From positions 64,001 through 128,000 of the forward strand of contig CAVYNY010000008.1 in assembly GCA_963769935.1 (NCBI GenBank): a DNA stretch of 64,000 bases, written 5' to 3'. The position numbers were made by a program, and so were the translations under genes. The notes beneath the pieces were generated by a model. That model worked only from the letters and a program-made list of their open reading frames with translations. It was not told the DNA's origin and did not search any database. The first letter of the stretch is position 1; the number at the start of each line of letters is the position of its first letter. The DNA comes from an uncultured delta proteobacterium (GTDB lineage Bacteria > Desulfobacterota > Desulfobacteria > Desulfobacterales > JAFDCJ01). This document shows positions 1 to 10,693 of this stretch, piece after piece.

Positions 1-651
1 ATGGGTCAGCACGGCGCCTTTGGGAAGGCCCGTGGTGCCGCCGGTGAATTGGATCAGGGCCGGATCTTCCGGCACGACCTGAACCCTGGGAAGTCGGGTG
101 TTCGTGCTGCTCTTCAAAAGCTGTGAAAAATGATGCCAGCCTTCTTCCAGTTCCAATTCCGCCGGGGTGCTCGTCCCGAACCCCTCGATGTAGTCGGTTA
201 CCCGGGTAACAATAACCCGCGGGATGTCCACCTCCCGACACACGGGCCGGATGTTCGGCAGCACCCTGTCGAAGGTGAAAAGGGTGGTTACGCCGGTGTT
301 GGCGGTCAGCTGCTTTAATTCTTCGGCAGTATACATGGGGTTCAGATTGACGCCGATAGCCCCTACGAGACAATGCGGCATAATAGGCAATGATATACTG
401 CGGACTGGTCGGCAGATGCAGGCCCACCCGGTCTCCTTTTTTAACCCCCAGAGCGCCCAGGGCATTGGCCATGCGCAGCACCTGTTGCCGCAGCTCATAA
501 AAGGAGATTTCGGTTCCGTAAAAGTTGGTGGCCGGTTTGTCCGGAAAGTGTTGGCGGGAAGACCGAGCAAATCGTGTGCATTGAGTCTTGGGTAGCGAAT
601 CGTCGTGGGCACATTGTAATCATAATGCCGCAGCCAGGGTTTGTTTTCCAT
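1..651 (-). CDS. Long-chain fatty acid--CoA ligase (FadD-like), 5' part; frameshifted, runs off the window
   Basis: Manual translation: ATG at 651 after GGAGG gives MENKPWLRHYDYNVP; another frame gives GVKKGDRVGLHLP; the window start encodes the AMP-binding motif ALIQFTGGTTGLPKGAVLTH. Confidence 0.88.
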   Translation of the reverse strand, partial: MENKPWLRHYDYNVPTTIRYPRLNAHDLLGLPANTFRTNRPPTFTEPKSPFMSCGNRCCAWPMPWALWGLKKETGWACICRPVRSISLPIMPHCLVGAIGVNLNPMYTAEELKQLTANTGVTTLFTFDRVLPNIRPVCREVDIPRVIVTRVTDYIEGFGTSTPAELELEEGWHHFSQLLKSSTNTRLPRVQVVPEDPALIQFTGGTTGLPKGAVLTH

Positions 652-670
652 ATTGCACCTCCGGTAATTT

Positions 671-877
671 AAAGCTGATAGTGCATAGCTCATAGTTGAT
701 AGTTTATAGCTAACAGCAAAACATCTACAGTTCCGATTAATAGTGTCATCTTACCGCTTGTATAGAACTTCACCTGGACTGAACGGCGAACAAATTAAAC
801 GTCACATCCCGTGGTATCCAAATTCGAAATTTTGTGGGTTATCTTACTATAACTATGAGCTATCAGCTATGGGCTTT
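671..877. repeat. Inverted pair of heptamer tracts (GCTGATA/GCTCATA at 671-717; TATGAGC/TATCAGC at 846-877)
   Basis: 7-bp periodic tract mirrored by its reverse complement about 130 bp downstream. Confidence 0.7.
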
Positions 878-915
878 TCATCTGACACTGCCGACACGTT
901 AAACCTTATCAATTT

Positions 916-2737
916 TTAAATCCCCCCAAATCCCTCATCTGAAATTTCTATGGCAGCGGCACATCCGCCTTGGATGGCCTCCATCTTGCCGGAGGTCAGC
1001 GGAAGCTCGGTACTGATAAAAAATTCGGCGGTTTTGATTTGCCCTTCGTAAAAAGCGATATCCTTTTTCTTGGGCGCCGGCAGCCAGTTTCTCAGATGCA
1101 ACCACCGCCCGCCACAACAGCATCCAGGCCATGATGGTATCGCCCATGGCGTATAAAAACGGCAGGGCATGGGCAAAAGCCACTTTATAATTCGCCGACA
1201 TGGCCATTTTGCCGATATGCAGGGCAATTTCGCCCAGACGGCCGGCGGTGGTTTCCAACTTTAACGCCCAGATCATTCAAGGCCGTCAATCGCTTTGGCC
1301 CGCGCGGCTGTTTGTTGAATTTCCCCCAGAAAATTCATAAAAACCAGCGCCTTTTTTCATGCCGATTTTACGGGCCAGCAGGTCCATGGCCTGGATGCCG
1401 CTGGTGCCTTCATAAATTGAGGTAATTTTGCAATCCCGGGCATATTGTTCCACCAGATAGTCCCTGGTGTAGCCCGCACCGCCAAAAACCTGGATGGCCT
1501 GAATGCACACTTCATGACTTTTTACAGCCATGTAGTCTTTAACGATCGGGGTCAGCATCGAGAAAAGATCGCCGCGGCGTATACGTTCTTCTTCCTTCTC
1601 CGAATTCAGAGCCGCCGTGGCCTGCCGGGTCATGTAGTAAAAGAAGCTGCGCATACCGTCGACAAATGACTTCATCCATAAAAGATTGCGACGCACATCG
1701 GGATGCCTGATAATTGCAACCGAAGGCGCACTGTGATCCATAAAATTTTCAAGGTCACGACCCTGGATGCGCTCACGGGCATAGTTTACCGCCAGCAGGT
1801 AGGCTGAAGACGCATAACTCATGGCCTGCAGTCCCGTACTCATACGGGCCCCATTAATCATGTTGAACATGATCTTCATGCCTGCGCGCTCGTTGCCGAG
1901 CAGATAGCCGATGCACTTGCCTTTAGCGCCCAGCGTCATGCTGCAGGTGGCGCTGGCGTGGATGCCGTGTTTTTCTTCTATCCCGGAACAGACAATATCG
2001 TTGCGTGCTCCCAGGCTGCCGTCTTCCTTGACGAAATATTTGGGGACGATGAAAAGCGATATACCCTTTGTACCGGGTGGGTCGCCCTCGATGCGGGCCA
2101 AAACCGGATGGATAATATTTTCCGCCAGATCATGCTCGCCGTTGGTAATAAAAATTTTATTTCCTGTCAGCAAGAAAGTACCGTCCTCGTTTCTGACTGC
2201 AGTTGTTGTGAGCGCACCGACGTCGGATCCGGCCTCGGATTCGGTCAGCAGCATAGTGCCGCCCCATTCGGCGGCCGTCAACTTTTTAACATAAGTCCTT
2301 TTCTGTTTTTCAGTGCCGTACAGATTGATCAAATGGGCCGTACCGTTGCCCATGCTCGCATAGCAATACAGCGGCCAGTTGGCTCCCAGAAAAATACTCG
2401 GCGGCCGCGGCACCCAAAAAGGCGGGAGCACCCTGACCTCCCATCTCCTCGGGTACACTAAGATTATTCCATTCACCTTCTTTGATCAGTTTAAAAACCC
2501 GGTGGAAACTTTCAGGTACTTTCACCGTACCACTTTCAAATCGGACTCCCTGTTGATCCCCTTCCGCCAGAATCGGAAGCATTTCCCGGATAGCCAGCGT
2601 CCTGGCCTCGCTGACAATCATCTCACAGGTCTTTTTATTGAATTCGGGGTATTTTTCGGGTTCAGGATCTCTTCACAATTCATCTGCTCCCAGATTACAA
2701 AATCCTGGTCTCTTCGGTCTGCTACTTGCTGTGGCAT
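916..2737 (-). CDS. Acyl-CoA dehydrogenase (long, about 600 aa, FadE5-like), several frameshifts
   Basis: ATG at 2737 (MPQQVADRRDQDFV) after GGAG; ORF pieces 2310-2621, 1286-2476, 935-1276 and 916-1227 join into one protein with GTMLLTESEAGSDVG, KIFIT and IYEGTSGIQ; colinear with the intact paralog at 41079-42893. Confidence 0.9.
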
Positions 2738-3063
2738 CGTTTATAACTCCTTGGATTTCGGGTTACGGGCAATTAATCCGCCCGTACGACATTAAAACAA
2801 TTTCATTTGTTTCAAACCGGCCAATATGTTTTGCCGCACCAGACGTTGCTATCTTTCAGGGCGGAGTAATTGCGTGTAACGCATTACATGAATCGTATGC
2901 AATATAGTACACACGAATATCATTTATAATATTATGAATAATTGTCAATAAAAAATTTTTCAAATTTTCGCTTGACAATTTTTCCTACATTGGTTTATGA
3001 AAAAAGTCAGTCATTTGCCGACATCTGACAGTCACTTGCCTCATCAGCCCATCCGAGGAAACA

Positions 3064-3777
3064 ATGAAAATTAGCCAATTGGTCAAGCGAACCGGGGTTC
3101 CTAAAGAAACGATCCATTTTTACATTCGCGAGGGGCTGCTGCGCAAACCGCGCAAATCAGGAGTCAATGCTGCCGAATATAATGAGGGCTACGTGGATCA
3201 GATTCAACTGATCAAAGATCTCAGAGACAATTATTACCTGCCGATACCGGAAATAAAAAAAATTGTTAAAGATTTCAAAAAACTATCGCCTTCCGACCAG
3301 GCTGTATCCCAGTTTTACAGCCGGTTTTACCGGCCCGCAGATCGTCTGCTCAACAGGGAAGTCGTCGGCCGAGATGCGTTCCGGGAGGCAACCGGACTGG
3401 GTTGGAAATGGCTGAATAAAGCTGAAGAATGGGGCGTCATCACGCCTGAAAAAAATGACGGTGAGGTGATTTACTCTCCGGACGACTTGGCCGTCGGCAA
3501 ATTAATGGTCGATATGGATCGGCTTGGCTTTGGTCCTAATGATGGGTTCGATCCCGAAGATCTTCGTCATATCACCGAATTTGTCAAAACATACGTGGTC
3601 ACCGCGTTCAGGAAATACTACCAGAACAACCTGGAAAAATTGACCTCAAAAGAATACGTTGAAAGAGCCACCCAGTTTCACGAAGTCATCAGTTTGTTTT
3701 TCTATCATCTTTATCGCAAATTTGTGCGGCAGGCCACCAGGAGTTTGCTCCAATCAAACGGAAAAGAGAAAGATTAA
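3064..3777 (+). CDS. MerR-family transcriptional regulator
   Basis: N-terminal MKISQLVKRTGVPKETIHFYIREGLL MerR HTH; GAGG RBS. Confidence 0.9.
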   Translation: MKISQLVKRTGVPKETIHFYIREGLLRKPRKSGVNAAEYNEGYVDQIQLIKDLRDNYYLPIPEIKKIVKDFKKLSPSDQAVSQFYSRFYRPADRLLNREVVGRDAFREATGLGWKWLNKAEEWGVITPEKNDGEVIYSPDDLAVGKLMVDMDRLGFGPNDGFDPEDLRHITEFVKTYVVTAFRKYYQNNLEKLTSKEYVERATQFHEVISLFFYHLYRKFVRQATRSLLQSNGKEKD

Positions 3778-3792
3778 CAGGAGTCTTTGGGG

Positions 3793-3888
3793 ATGACACT
3801 TTTTCTTCAGCAAGTAATCAACGGCATCATGCTGGGTTCAGTCTATTCTCTGTTCGATTTTTTGCAGCAAAAGATTTTGGAATATTAA
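3793..3888 (+). pseudogene. N-terminal remnant of a LivH-type ABC permease
   Basis: MTLFLQQVINGIMLGSVYSL matches the typical LivH start, then stops after 31 aa; AGGAG upstream. Confidence 0.6.
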
Positions 3889-3974
3889 AGAAAGTGCCGT
3901 CCGGGATTAAAAAAACACCTTTTGGCGGGGGCAAGTCCCGCCATTTTCGTTCCGTATGAAAGGAAATGATTATA

Positions 3975-5183
3975 ATGTCTGAGCGAGAAGTTGTGATTGT
4001 AGATGCTGTTCGTACCGCATTCGGGCGCATGGGGGGAACTCTGAAAGACATTGTTGCCTCTAAGCTGGCCGGTATCGGAATACGAGGCTTACTGGACAAA
4101 ACCGGCATACAGCAAAAAGCACGTGTGGACAGTGTTTTTTTGGGAACCGCCCTGGGGTGTTCGCAGTCGGGAAATCCGGCCCGCTGGGCAGTGCTGGATT
4201 CAGGTTTGGGTTATGAAACGTCGGCGTCCTACGTGGAAATGCAGTGCGGCAGTGCCATCGACTCCATCAATCATGCAGCCTGGAAGATTCTGGCCGGCCA
4301 GGCCGACATCATTATTGCCGGCGGTATGGAGTCCTACAGCCAGGCCTTCTGTAAATTTTCGATGGCTACCGCTCCCTACCGGCTCAATCCCCCGCGACCG
4401 ATTGCCCAGCAGCTTTCACCGGTCGCCGATGAGCAGATCGGAATGGGACTGACGGCCGAGAATCTGCAACGGATGTATGACATCCCCCGTGAAGAAACAG
4501 ACGAGTTTGCGTATAACAGCCAGATGCGCGCCAAAAAGGCCATGGAAAGCGGCTATTTCAAGGACGAAATCGTACCGGTGACCATTCCGGGAACCCGCAA
4601 AACGCCTGAAATCATATTTGAGGTGGATGAGCATCCGCGGCCCGATACCACCCTGGAAGGGCTTGCCAAACTGCGACCGGCATTTGTCGAAAACGGGACT
4701 GTTACGGCCGGCAATGCCTCCGGGCGCAATGACGGATCGGCTTTCGTTCTCATGATGAGCGTTGTGAAAGCGGCGGAACTCGGGTATCAGCCCATGGCGA
4801 AATGGCTGTCCGGCGCCGATTTCGGCTGTGATCCCAAAATCATGGGCATCGGACCGGCCCATGCCGTGCCGATTGCGATTAAACGCGCCGGCTTGACTCT
4901 CTCTGATATGGATGTCATGGAGTGCAATGAGGCCTTCGCCGTACAGAATATAGCCGTAATCCGAGAACTCGAAAAACAGACCGGCCATAAGATTGACATG
5001 CAAAAATGGAATCCCAACGGCGGGGCCATCGCCTTCGGCCACCCCAACGGCGCTTCGGGTGCCCGCATCTGCATGTTTGCCATGCGCGAGCTGATTCGCA
5101 GGGGCGCCCGGTACGGCTTCTTCTCATCCTGCTGCGGCGGCGGACTGGGGGTTGCGACGGTGATTGAGAATTTGCAGCGCTGA
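3975..5183 (+). CDS. Acetyl-CoA acyltransferase (thiolase)
   Basis: MQCGS catalytic Cys, NEAFA, GGAIAFGHPNGASG, CCGGGLG. Confidence 0.95.
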   Translation: MSEREVVIVDAVRTAFGRMGGTLKDIVASKLAGIGIRGLLDKTGIQQKARVDSVFLGTALGCSQSGNPARWAVLDSGLGYETSASYVEMQCGSAIDSINHAAWKILAGQADIIIAGGMESYSQAFCKFSMATAPYRLNPPRPIAQQLSPVADEQIGMGLTAENLQRMYDIPREETDEFAYNSQMRAKKAMESGYFKDEIVPVTIPGTRKTPEIIFEVDEHPRPDTTLEGLAKLRPAFVENGTVTAGNASGRNDGSAFVLMMSVVKAAELGYQPMAKWLSGADFGCDPKIMGIGPAHAVPIAIKRAGLTLSDMDVMECNEAFAVQNIAVIRELEKQTGHKIDMQKWNPNGGAIAFGHPNGASGARICMFAMRELIRRGARYGFFSSCCGGGLGVATVIENLQR

Positions 5184-5189
5184 ACAGAT

Positions 5190-5260
5190 GGTTTCAGGTG
5201 TCAGATTTCAGGTGTCAGCCTGGCCGCTGGCCCGAAGAGTGGCCAGTTAGATCGAGAAAG
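5190..5260. repeat. GGTTTCAGGTGTCAG-family dispersed repeat
   Basis: Reverse-complement homolog of 16855-16913 and 32987-33045. Confidence 0.75.
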
Positions 5261-5293
5261 TCGCTTTAAAGGTTTCTATGGCAATTATAGATG

Positions 5294-5366
5294 GTGGGAG
5301 CGGTTTTCAACCGCGTTTTAAAATGGATTTTTGCCATTTTTGATCGTGGCTGCAAGCCACTCCCAC
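5294..5366. repeat. REP-like inverted doublet (GTGG family)
   Basis: GTGGGAGCGGTTTTCAACCGCG ... CGTGGCTGCAAGCCACTCCCAC; each arm has a tetranucleotide plus a palindrome. Confidence 0.65.
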
Positions 5367-5410
5367 AAATCCCAAATTGACCATTCTGCCAAAATAATCA
5401 GGAGCGTTAA

Positions 5411-7634
5411 ATGAGCAGCGAAAGGACTACACAAACCGAGAGTATCGTTAAAATTGTCCGCACCACATCGACTTTTGATTGCGGGGGCAGATGCCCGCTG
5501 CGTCTGCATGTCAAGGACAACCGCATCCTGCGCATCGAAGGCGATGATGCCGCGGAATCCGAACAGCTCAGAACCTGCTTAAGGTGCCGGGCACTCAGGC
5601 AATATGTTCATCACCCGTCGCGGCTCATGTATCCCCAGAAACGGGTCGGTAAGCGGGGTGAAGGTAAATTTGAGCGCATATCCTGGGATGAGGCTTACAA
5701 TACCCTGGCCGGCGAATTGAATCGCGTGAAGGAAACTTACGGCAACGAGGGCATCTTTCTGGCCACCGGCGGCGGCTACCTGGCCGGTCTGCACAACGGC
5801 GGGTTTGCGGCTCAGCGTCTCCTGAATCAGTACGGCGGCTGCGTCACCCACTACGGCAATATTTCTTCGGAAGGCGCCGTCTGGGCCTCATTAACCCAGT
5901 ATGGATCCGTCATGGTCGGAAACAGCCGGGAAGACTTGCTCAATTCTAAACTCATTATCTTGTGGGGCTGGGATCCGGCCCGCATGATATCCGGCACCAA
6001 CACCATGTATCACGTTATCAAGGCTAAAGAAAACGGTGCCAAAATCATTGCTGTGGATCCCAGGTACCATGACACCGCCGCCACTGTAGCCGATGAATGG
6101 ATTCCAATCCGACCCGGCACGGATACGGCCGTGTTCGTGGCCATGGCCTATGTGATGATCAAAGAAGAATCTTCACGATCAGGCTTTTTTGGATAAATTC
6201 ACCGTCGGGTTCGATAAATTTAAAGAATATGTTCTCGGCCGGGAGGATGGCGTCGAAAAAACACCGGCCTGGGCGGCTGAAATATCAGGCGTCGACGCGG
6301 CCGTCATCGAACGCCTGGCCCGTGAATATGCCGCTGCCAAGCCGGCCGCCTTGATGGACTGCCAGGGACCGGCCCGCAGCGCCATGGGGGAACAGTTCAA
6401 CCGGTGTGCGGCCACTCTGTGCGCCATGACCGGCAATGTCGGCCGTCCGGGCGGCAGCGCCTGCGGCGGATTGATGGGCATCCCGATCGGGCATATGTTT
6501 CGGATGTCCGCCATACCGCCCGGGAAAAACCCGTTCGAAATGGACGGTCCCAATGTTAAAGGGACCCTGGATATCCGTATGCGCGTGGTCAAGCGGGTCC
6601 ACATCAACAAAATCTTTGATGCCATCCTGGAGGGCAAAAAGAGCGGTTATCCGGCAGACATTAAAATGATGTGGTCCATGTGCAACAACTACTTAAACCA
6701 GACCGGCAACAGCAACAAAGCCGCCGCAGCATTGCAGAAACTTGAATTTTTATGTGTGCAGGAATTGTTCATGACCGCCCAGGCCCGCTTCGCCGATCTG
6801 CTGCTGCCGGTAACCAGCGCCGTCGAACGCAGCGACCTGACCCGTCCCTGGCCGTCGGGCCCCTATTTCACTTTTATGAACCGCGCCCTTCAACCCCTGG
6901 GCGAATGCAAATCCGACTTCGACATCGTCAGTGAACTGGCGCGGCGACTTGGAATCGAAGGATTTAATCCGCACACGGAGGAAGAATGGCTAAAAATGTT
7001 TGTGGATAACAACCCGGAATACCAGCAACACATCAAAGATTACGACAAGTTCCGGGAAGCCGGCATTCACCGGGTAAAGCTGGAGGAACCCATCATTGCG
7101 TTTAAAGAGCAAATCGACGATATTGAAAACAATCCCTTCTCTACTCCGTCCGGCAAAATTGAAATTTTTTCCCAACGGGTAGCTGATTTAAATAAGGCGG
7201 ATACACCGCCCATTCCGAAATATATGGGTACCCCCGAGGATCGCTTTGATCCCCTGATCGCAAAATATCCGTTGCAGCTGATAACGCCGCATCCGAAAAA
7301 CCGGGTGCATTCAGAATTATACGAGGTTGAGTGGCTCAGGGAGGTGGAGCCGCACCGGGCCTGGATCAATCCGATCGATGCCGATCCGCGCAACATTAAG
7401 GACGGAGACGAGATTTATGTTTTCAATGATCGCGGCAAGGTCGCCCTCACCGCCTGGGTGACGGAAAGAATCATTCCCGGAGTGGTCAGCATCTTCGAAG
7501 GCGCGTGGTACAACCCGGACAAAAACGGCATCGACCGAGGCGCGTGCGCCAACACCTTGACGAAGGATGCCTATTCGGGGGGCGGTGCCGCCGTGATGAA
7601 TACGTGCCTGGTGCAAATAGAAAAGACTAATTGA
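5411..7634 (+). CDS. Molybdopterin oxidoreductase catalytic subunit, DMSO reductase family (DmsA-like), no Tat signal; one frameshift near 6167
   Basis: DCGGRCPLRLHV...CLR FeS region, PIRPGTD, TPSGKIEIFS, C-terminal molybdopterin dinucleotide domain; removing one base at aaagaagaat restores KENLHDQAFLDKF. Confidence 0.9.
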
Positions 7635-7640
7635 TATTTA

Positions 7641-7780
7641 ACCGCAGAGTTCGCTGAGGTCGCAGAGCAACTTAACAGTTTTAAATTCCCGAATGACATA
7701 CAGGTTTCGCTTTGCCCACAATCTCATATACAGAGCAAAACATAAAAAGCCGCTGCGCTCTCGGCGAGCTCGGCGGTGAA
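7641..7780. repeat. Inverted nonamer arms (ACCGCAGAG.. / ..CTCGGCGGT)
   Basis: accgcagagttcgctgaggtcgcagag mirrored by ctgcgctctcggcgagctcggcggt. Confidence 0.65.
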
Positions 7781-7807
7781 TAATTCAAAATATAAGGGAG
7801 AAAATCA

Positions 7808-8380
7808 ATGCAAGTAGGATTCTACTTCGACCAGACCAGATGCACCGGCTGCAGTGCCTGCCGCGTGGCCTGCAAGGACTGGAATGATATACCGGCCGGA
7901 CCGGAAAACTGGATGCGAGTGCGCTACACCGAAAAAGGTAGATTCCCGAAACCGTTCGTCAGCTATATGATTGCGCCCTGCTGGCATTGCATTGACCCGG
8001 TTTGTGCCGCGGCCTGTCCGGTGGATGCCATCACCAAACGCGCCGCCGACGGCATCGTGCTGGTGGACAGCAACAAATGTATCGGCAACAGGGAATGCGC
8101 TGAAAAGTGCCTCAAAGCCTGCCCCTACGATGCGCCGCAGTTCGGCCCCGCTGAAGGTGCCAAAATGCGCAAATGCAATTACTGTCTGGATCGACACCTG
8201 GCAGGCAAACTGCCGGACTGTATCGAGGCTTGCCCTGTCCGTGCCCTTGATGCGGGTCCCCTGACCGAACTCGAAATGAAATATGGCAGGAATAGAGAAG
8301 CCGTCGATTTCAAATATTCGCAACGGACGAAACCGGCGGTGGTGATCAAATCGAAATCGATCCCGGACTACCATGAATGA
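7808..8380 (+). CDS. 4Fe-4S electron-transfer subunit (DmsB-like)
   Basis: Four cluster motifs: CTGCSACRVAC, CWHCIDPVC..CP, CIGNREC...CP, KCNYC...C...CP. Confidence 0.92.
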   Translation: MQVGFYFDQTRCTGCSACRVACKDWNDIPAGPENWMRVRYTEKGRFPKPFVSYMIAPCWHCIDPVCAAACPVDAITKRAADGIVLVDSNKCIGNRECAEKCLKACPYDAPQFGPAEGAKMRKCNYCLDRHLAGKLPDCIEACPVRALDAGPLTELEMKYGRNREAVDFKYSQRTKPAVVIKSKSIPDYHE

Positions 8381-8472
8381 GCGGCTATTGTGATTTGTTT
8401 GAAATTTGTGATTTGTTATTTGAAATTGCACAAATCATGAACTTGTGCTCAGATTTAATTGGGAGGTAACCC

Positions 8473-9306
8473 ATGCCGTCTGTCGACCTTAGCGTTATCG
8501 GCACCAAAACAGAGCCGATTGTATTTGAATACACCTGGAAGGATATTGTACTATACAACATCGGCGTCGGCGCCGCTGAAAAAGATCTGGCCTTGGTGTA
8601 TGAAAATGCTCCCGGAGGCCTCAAAGTTCTGCCCAGCTTTTGTGTTGTCCCGGCCATCAAGGCGTTTCCGCGTCTCGGTGACCATCTTGAATGGTCGCGG
8701 ATGCTTCACGGCGAACAGGTTATCCGGCTTTTTCAACCGCTGGCACCCCAAGGCCGGATAATTCAGGTGGGAGAAGTTCTGAACATTTATGACAAGGGCA
8801 AAGGTGCTGTCTATCGGATTCGGATAAAAGGCCGGACGGAGGATAATAGAGATCTGTACGAGGCCGAATGGTCGATCTTTTACGTAGGCGGCGGCGGTTT
8901 CGGCGGAGACCCCGGACCCAAGGCCGGGAAGATCACTCCACCCGCCGGCAGCGAACCGGATTTCAGCATAACCGAGAAGGTCGCTGAAAATCAAGCGGTC
9001 ATCTATCGCCTGAGCGGGGATTACAATCCGCTGCACCTCGATCCGGCAGCCGCCAGACGGGGCGGCTTTGATCGTCCGATTTTGCATGGTCTTTGCACAT
9101 ATGGGTTTGCAGCCCGCGCGATCGTCAACGGAGTGCTGGGCGGGGATGTCGCCCGCTTGAAAGAATTCAGCGCCCGGTTTTCAGATGTCGTTTATCCGGG
9201 TGATAATTTGACGACGGAGGGGTGGAAGTCTGATGACGGGTATATTATTCAGGCCAGAACCGACAGATCCATTGTATTGAGCAATGCCCGGGTGGTGATT
9301 GAATGA
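8473..9306 (+). CDS. (R)-specific enoyl-CoA hydratase 2 (double hotdog, MaoC/MFE-2 type)
   Basis: LHGEQ and YRLSGDYNPLHLDP...PILHGLCTYG motifs. Confidence 0.92.
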   Translation: MPSVDLSVIGTKTEPIVFEYTWKDIVLYNIGVGAAEKDLALVYENAPGGLKVLPSFCVVPAIKAFPRLGDHLEWSRMLHGEQVIRLFQPLAPQGRIIQVGEVLNIYDKGKGAVYRIRIKGRTEDNRDLYEAEWSIFYVGGGGFGGDPGPKAGKITPPAGSEPDFSITEKVAENQAVIYRLSGDYNPLHLDPAAARRGGFDRPILHGLCTYGFAARAIVNGVLGGDVARLKEFSARFSDVVYPGDNLTTEGWKSDDGYIIQARTDRSIVLSNARVVIE

Positions 9307-9344
9307 GCATTTCTGCGAGTCTAAAGGATTAATAAATTATTGTG

Positions 9345-9438
9345 AAACGGATTTTCGTGGATAGACACTGATTATAAGGTATATTATTTCGCGGACAGGA
9401 TTGCCGGCGGTTAAATCCGTGTTCATCCGTGTCCAATT
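9345..9438. repeat. Inverted nonamer arms (ACGGATT.. / ..ATCCGTG)
   Basis: aaacggattttcgtggatagacactgatt mirrored by aatccgtgttcatccgtgtcc. Confidence 0.6.
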
Positions 9439-9465
9439 AAAATAGTAAAAAAGAAAGGAAAAAAA

Positions 9466-10338
9466 ATGAACATCGACGACATTAAAAACATTGCCGTAAT
9501 CGGTGCCGGCAACATGGGCCATCAGATTTCCCTGCTTTGTGCGCTCCACGGCTTTCGGACAACCTGCACCGATGTCAAAGAAGACATTCTAAAAAAAGCC
9601 GAGGCCTTTACCGACTCGTATCTTCCGGGTCGGGTCGAAAAAGGGCGGATGACGGAAGAACAGGCCCTGGCCGCCCGCGAGAGGATTACGTATACTGCCA
9701 GTATGGAAGCAGCGGTAAAAGATGCCGATTATGTCATTGAAGCGGTTTTAGAGGTTTTGAACCTAAAAAGGAAGATTTTTGCCGACCTGGACAAAATGGC
9801 CCCACCGCATGCGATCCTGGCATCCAACAGCTCGGCTATCATCAGCTCCAGAATCGCCGATGCCACCCGGCGCCCGGAAAAAATCCTCAATGTTCATTTC
9901 TTCAACCCCGCCCTGGTGATGAAGCTGGTGGAAGTGGTTCAAGGCCCCCACGTTTCCGACGAAACCCGGGAAATCTCAATGGCACTCTGTGAAAAGCTGG
10001 AAAAGGTGCCGGTTCACCTCAAAAAAGAAGTCGACGGATTCCTGCTCAACCGCATTTTCGCCGCCATCACCCGCGAGGCCCTTTGGCTGCTGGAAATGGG
10101 TGTGGCCAGCATGGAAGACATCGACAAGGCCCAGGCTTACGGCGCCGGGCACCCCATGGGCACCTTTCGTCTGATGGATCTCACCGGCATCGACTTGACC
10201 TACACTATGGGAATGGAGGCCTTCCGGGAAACCGGCGATGTGCGGCATTTACCCAGCCCCAGCGTGGTGGAAAAATATGTCAAGGGAGAGTATGGCCAGA
10301 AGACCGGCAAGGGGTGGTATGATTATAGTAAAAAATAA
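9466..10338 (+). CDS. 3-hydroxyacyl-CoA dehydrogenase
   Basis: GAGNMG NAD motif, EAVLE, HFFNP, GFLLNRI, GQKTGKGWYDY. Confidence 0.95.
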   Translation: MNIDDIKNIAVIGAGNMGHQISLLCALHGFRTTCTDVKEDILKKAEAFTDSYLPGRVEKGRMTEEQALAARERITYTASMEAAVKDADYVIEAVLEVLNLKRKIFADLDKMAPPHAILASNSSAIISSRIADATRRPEKILNVHFFNPALVMKLVEVVQGPHVSDETREISMALCEKLEKVPVHLKKEVDGFLLNRIFAAITREALWLLEMGVASMEDIDKAQAYGAGHPMGTFRLMDLTGIDLTYTMGMEAFRETGDVRHLPSPSVVEKYVKGEYGQKTGKGWYDYSKK

Positions 10339-10371
10339 GACGCAAAGTGCAGAGGATGAAGGACTTAAGAA

Positions 10372-10455
10372 AGGTTTCAGCCCGCCCTGGTGCGACATGA
10401 AGGTTTTTTTTCTGTCAGCCGCAGGAGATGCCGACAATGTTTTATTTTGCAGATT
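10372..10455. repeat. About 84-bp dispersed repeat; inverted copy at 32817-32899
   Basis: Manual alignment shows about 4 differences. Confidence 0.85.
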
Positions 10456-10693
10456 TATACAAAGTTAGGTCTGGGCCAGGGGTGTCAGCTGGCAGAGGAC
10501 AGCGGACCGAAGGTAAGAGGGTGAGAAGGTGCGAGGGTCAGAATATGGGGAAGTTGGGAAGATAAGAAGTTGAGAGGTTGGAAATTTTTCATTCCATACC
10601 ATCAACTCAATCAACTTAATCAACTCCATCATGTCTCTTCTTTCAGCTATCAACTACGATCTATGAACTATCAACTTTTTTGGGGAGGAAATC

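Noticed and set aside
2940..3050. Back-to-back TGTCAA/TTGACA and a GWCAGTCAYTTGCC direct repeat as an operator (similar -35 pairs near 36290-36375 and 50173-50206)
   Set aside because: Plausible divergent promoters, but -10 spacing is poor and no shared operator could be established
6160..6200. Selenocysteine or a true two-gene split in the molybdoenzyme
   Set aside because: The break is a +1 indel, not an in-frame TGA
10335..10460. c-di-GMP-I riboswitch suggested by GACGCAAAG
   Set aside because: The GGCAAAC/GAAA P2 elements are absent; the region is a dispersed repeat
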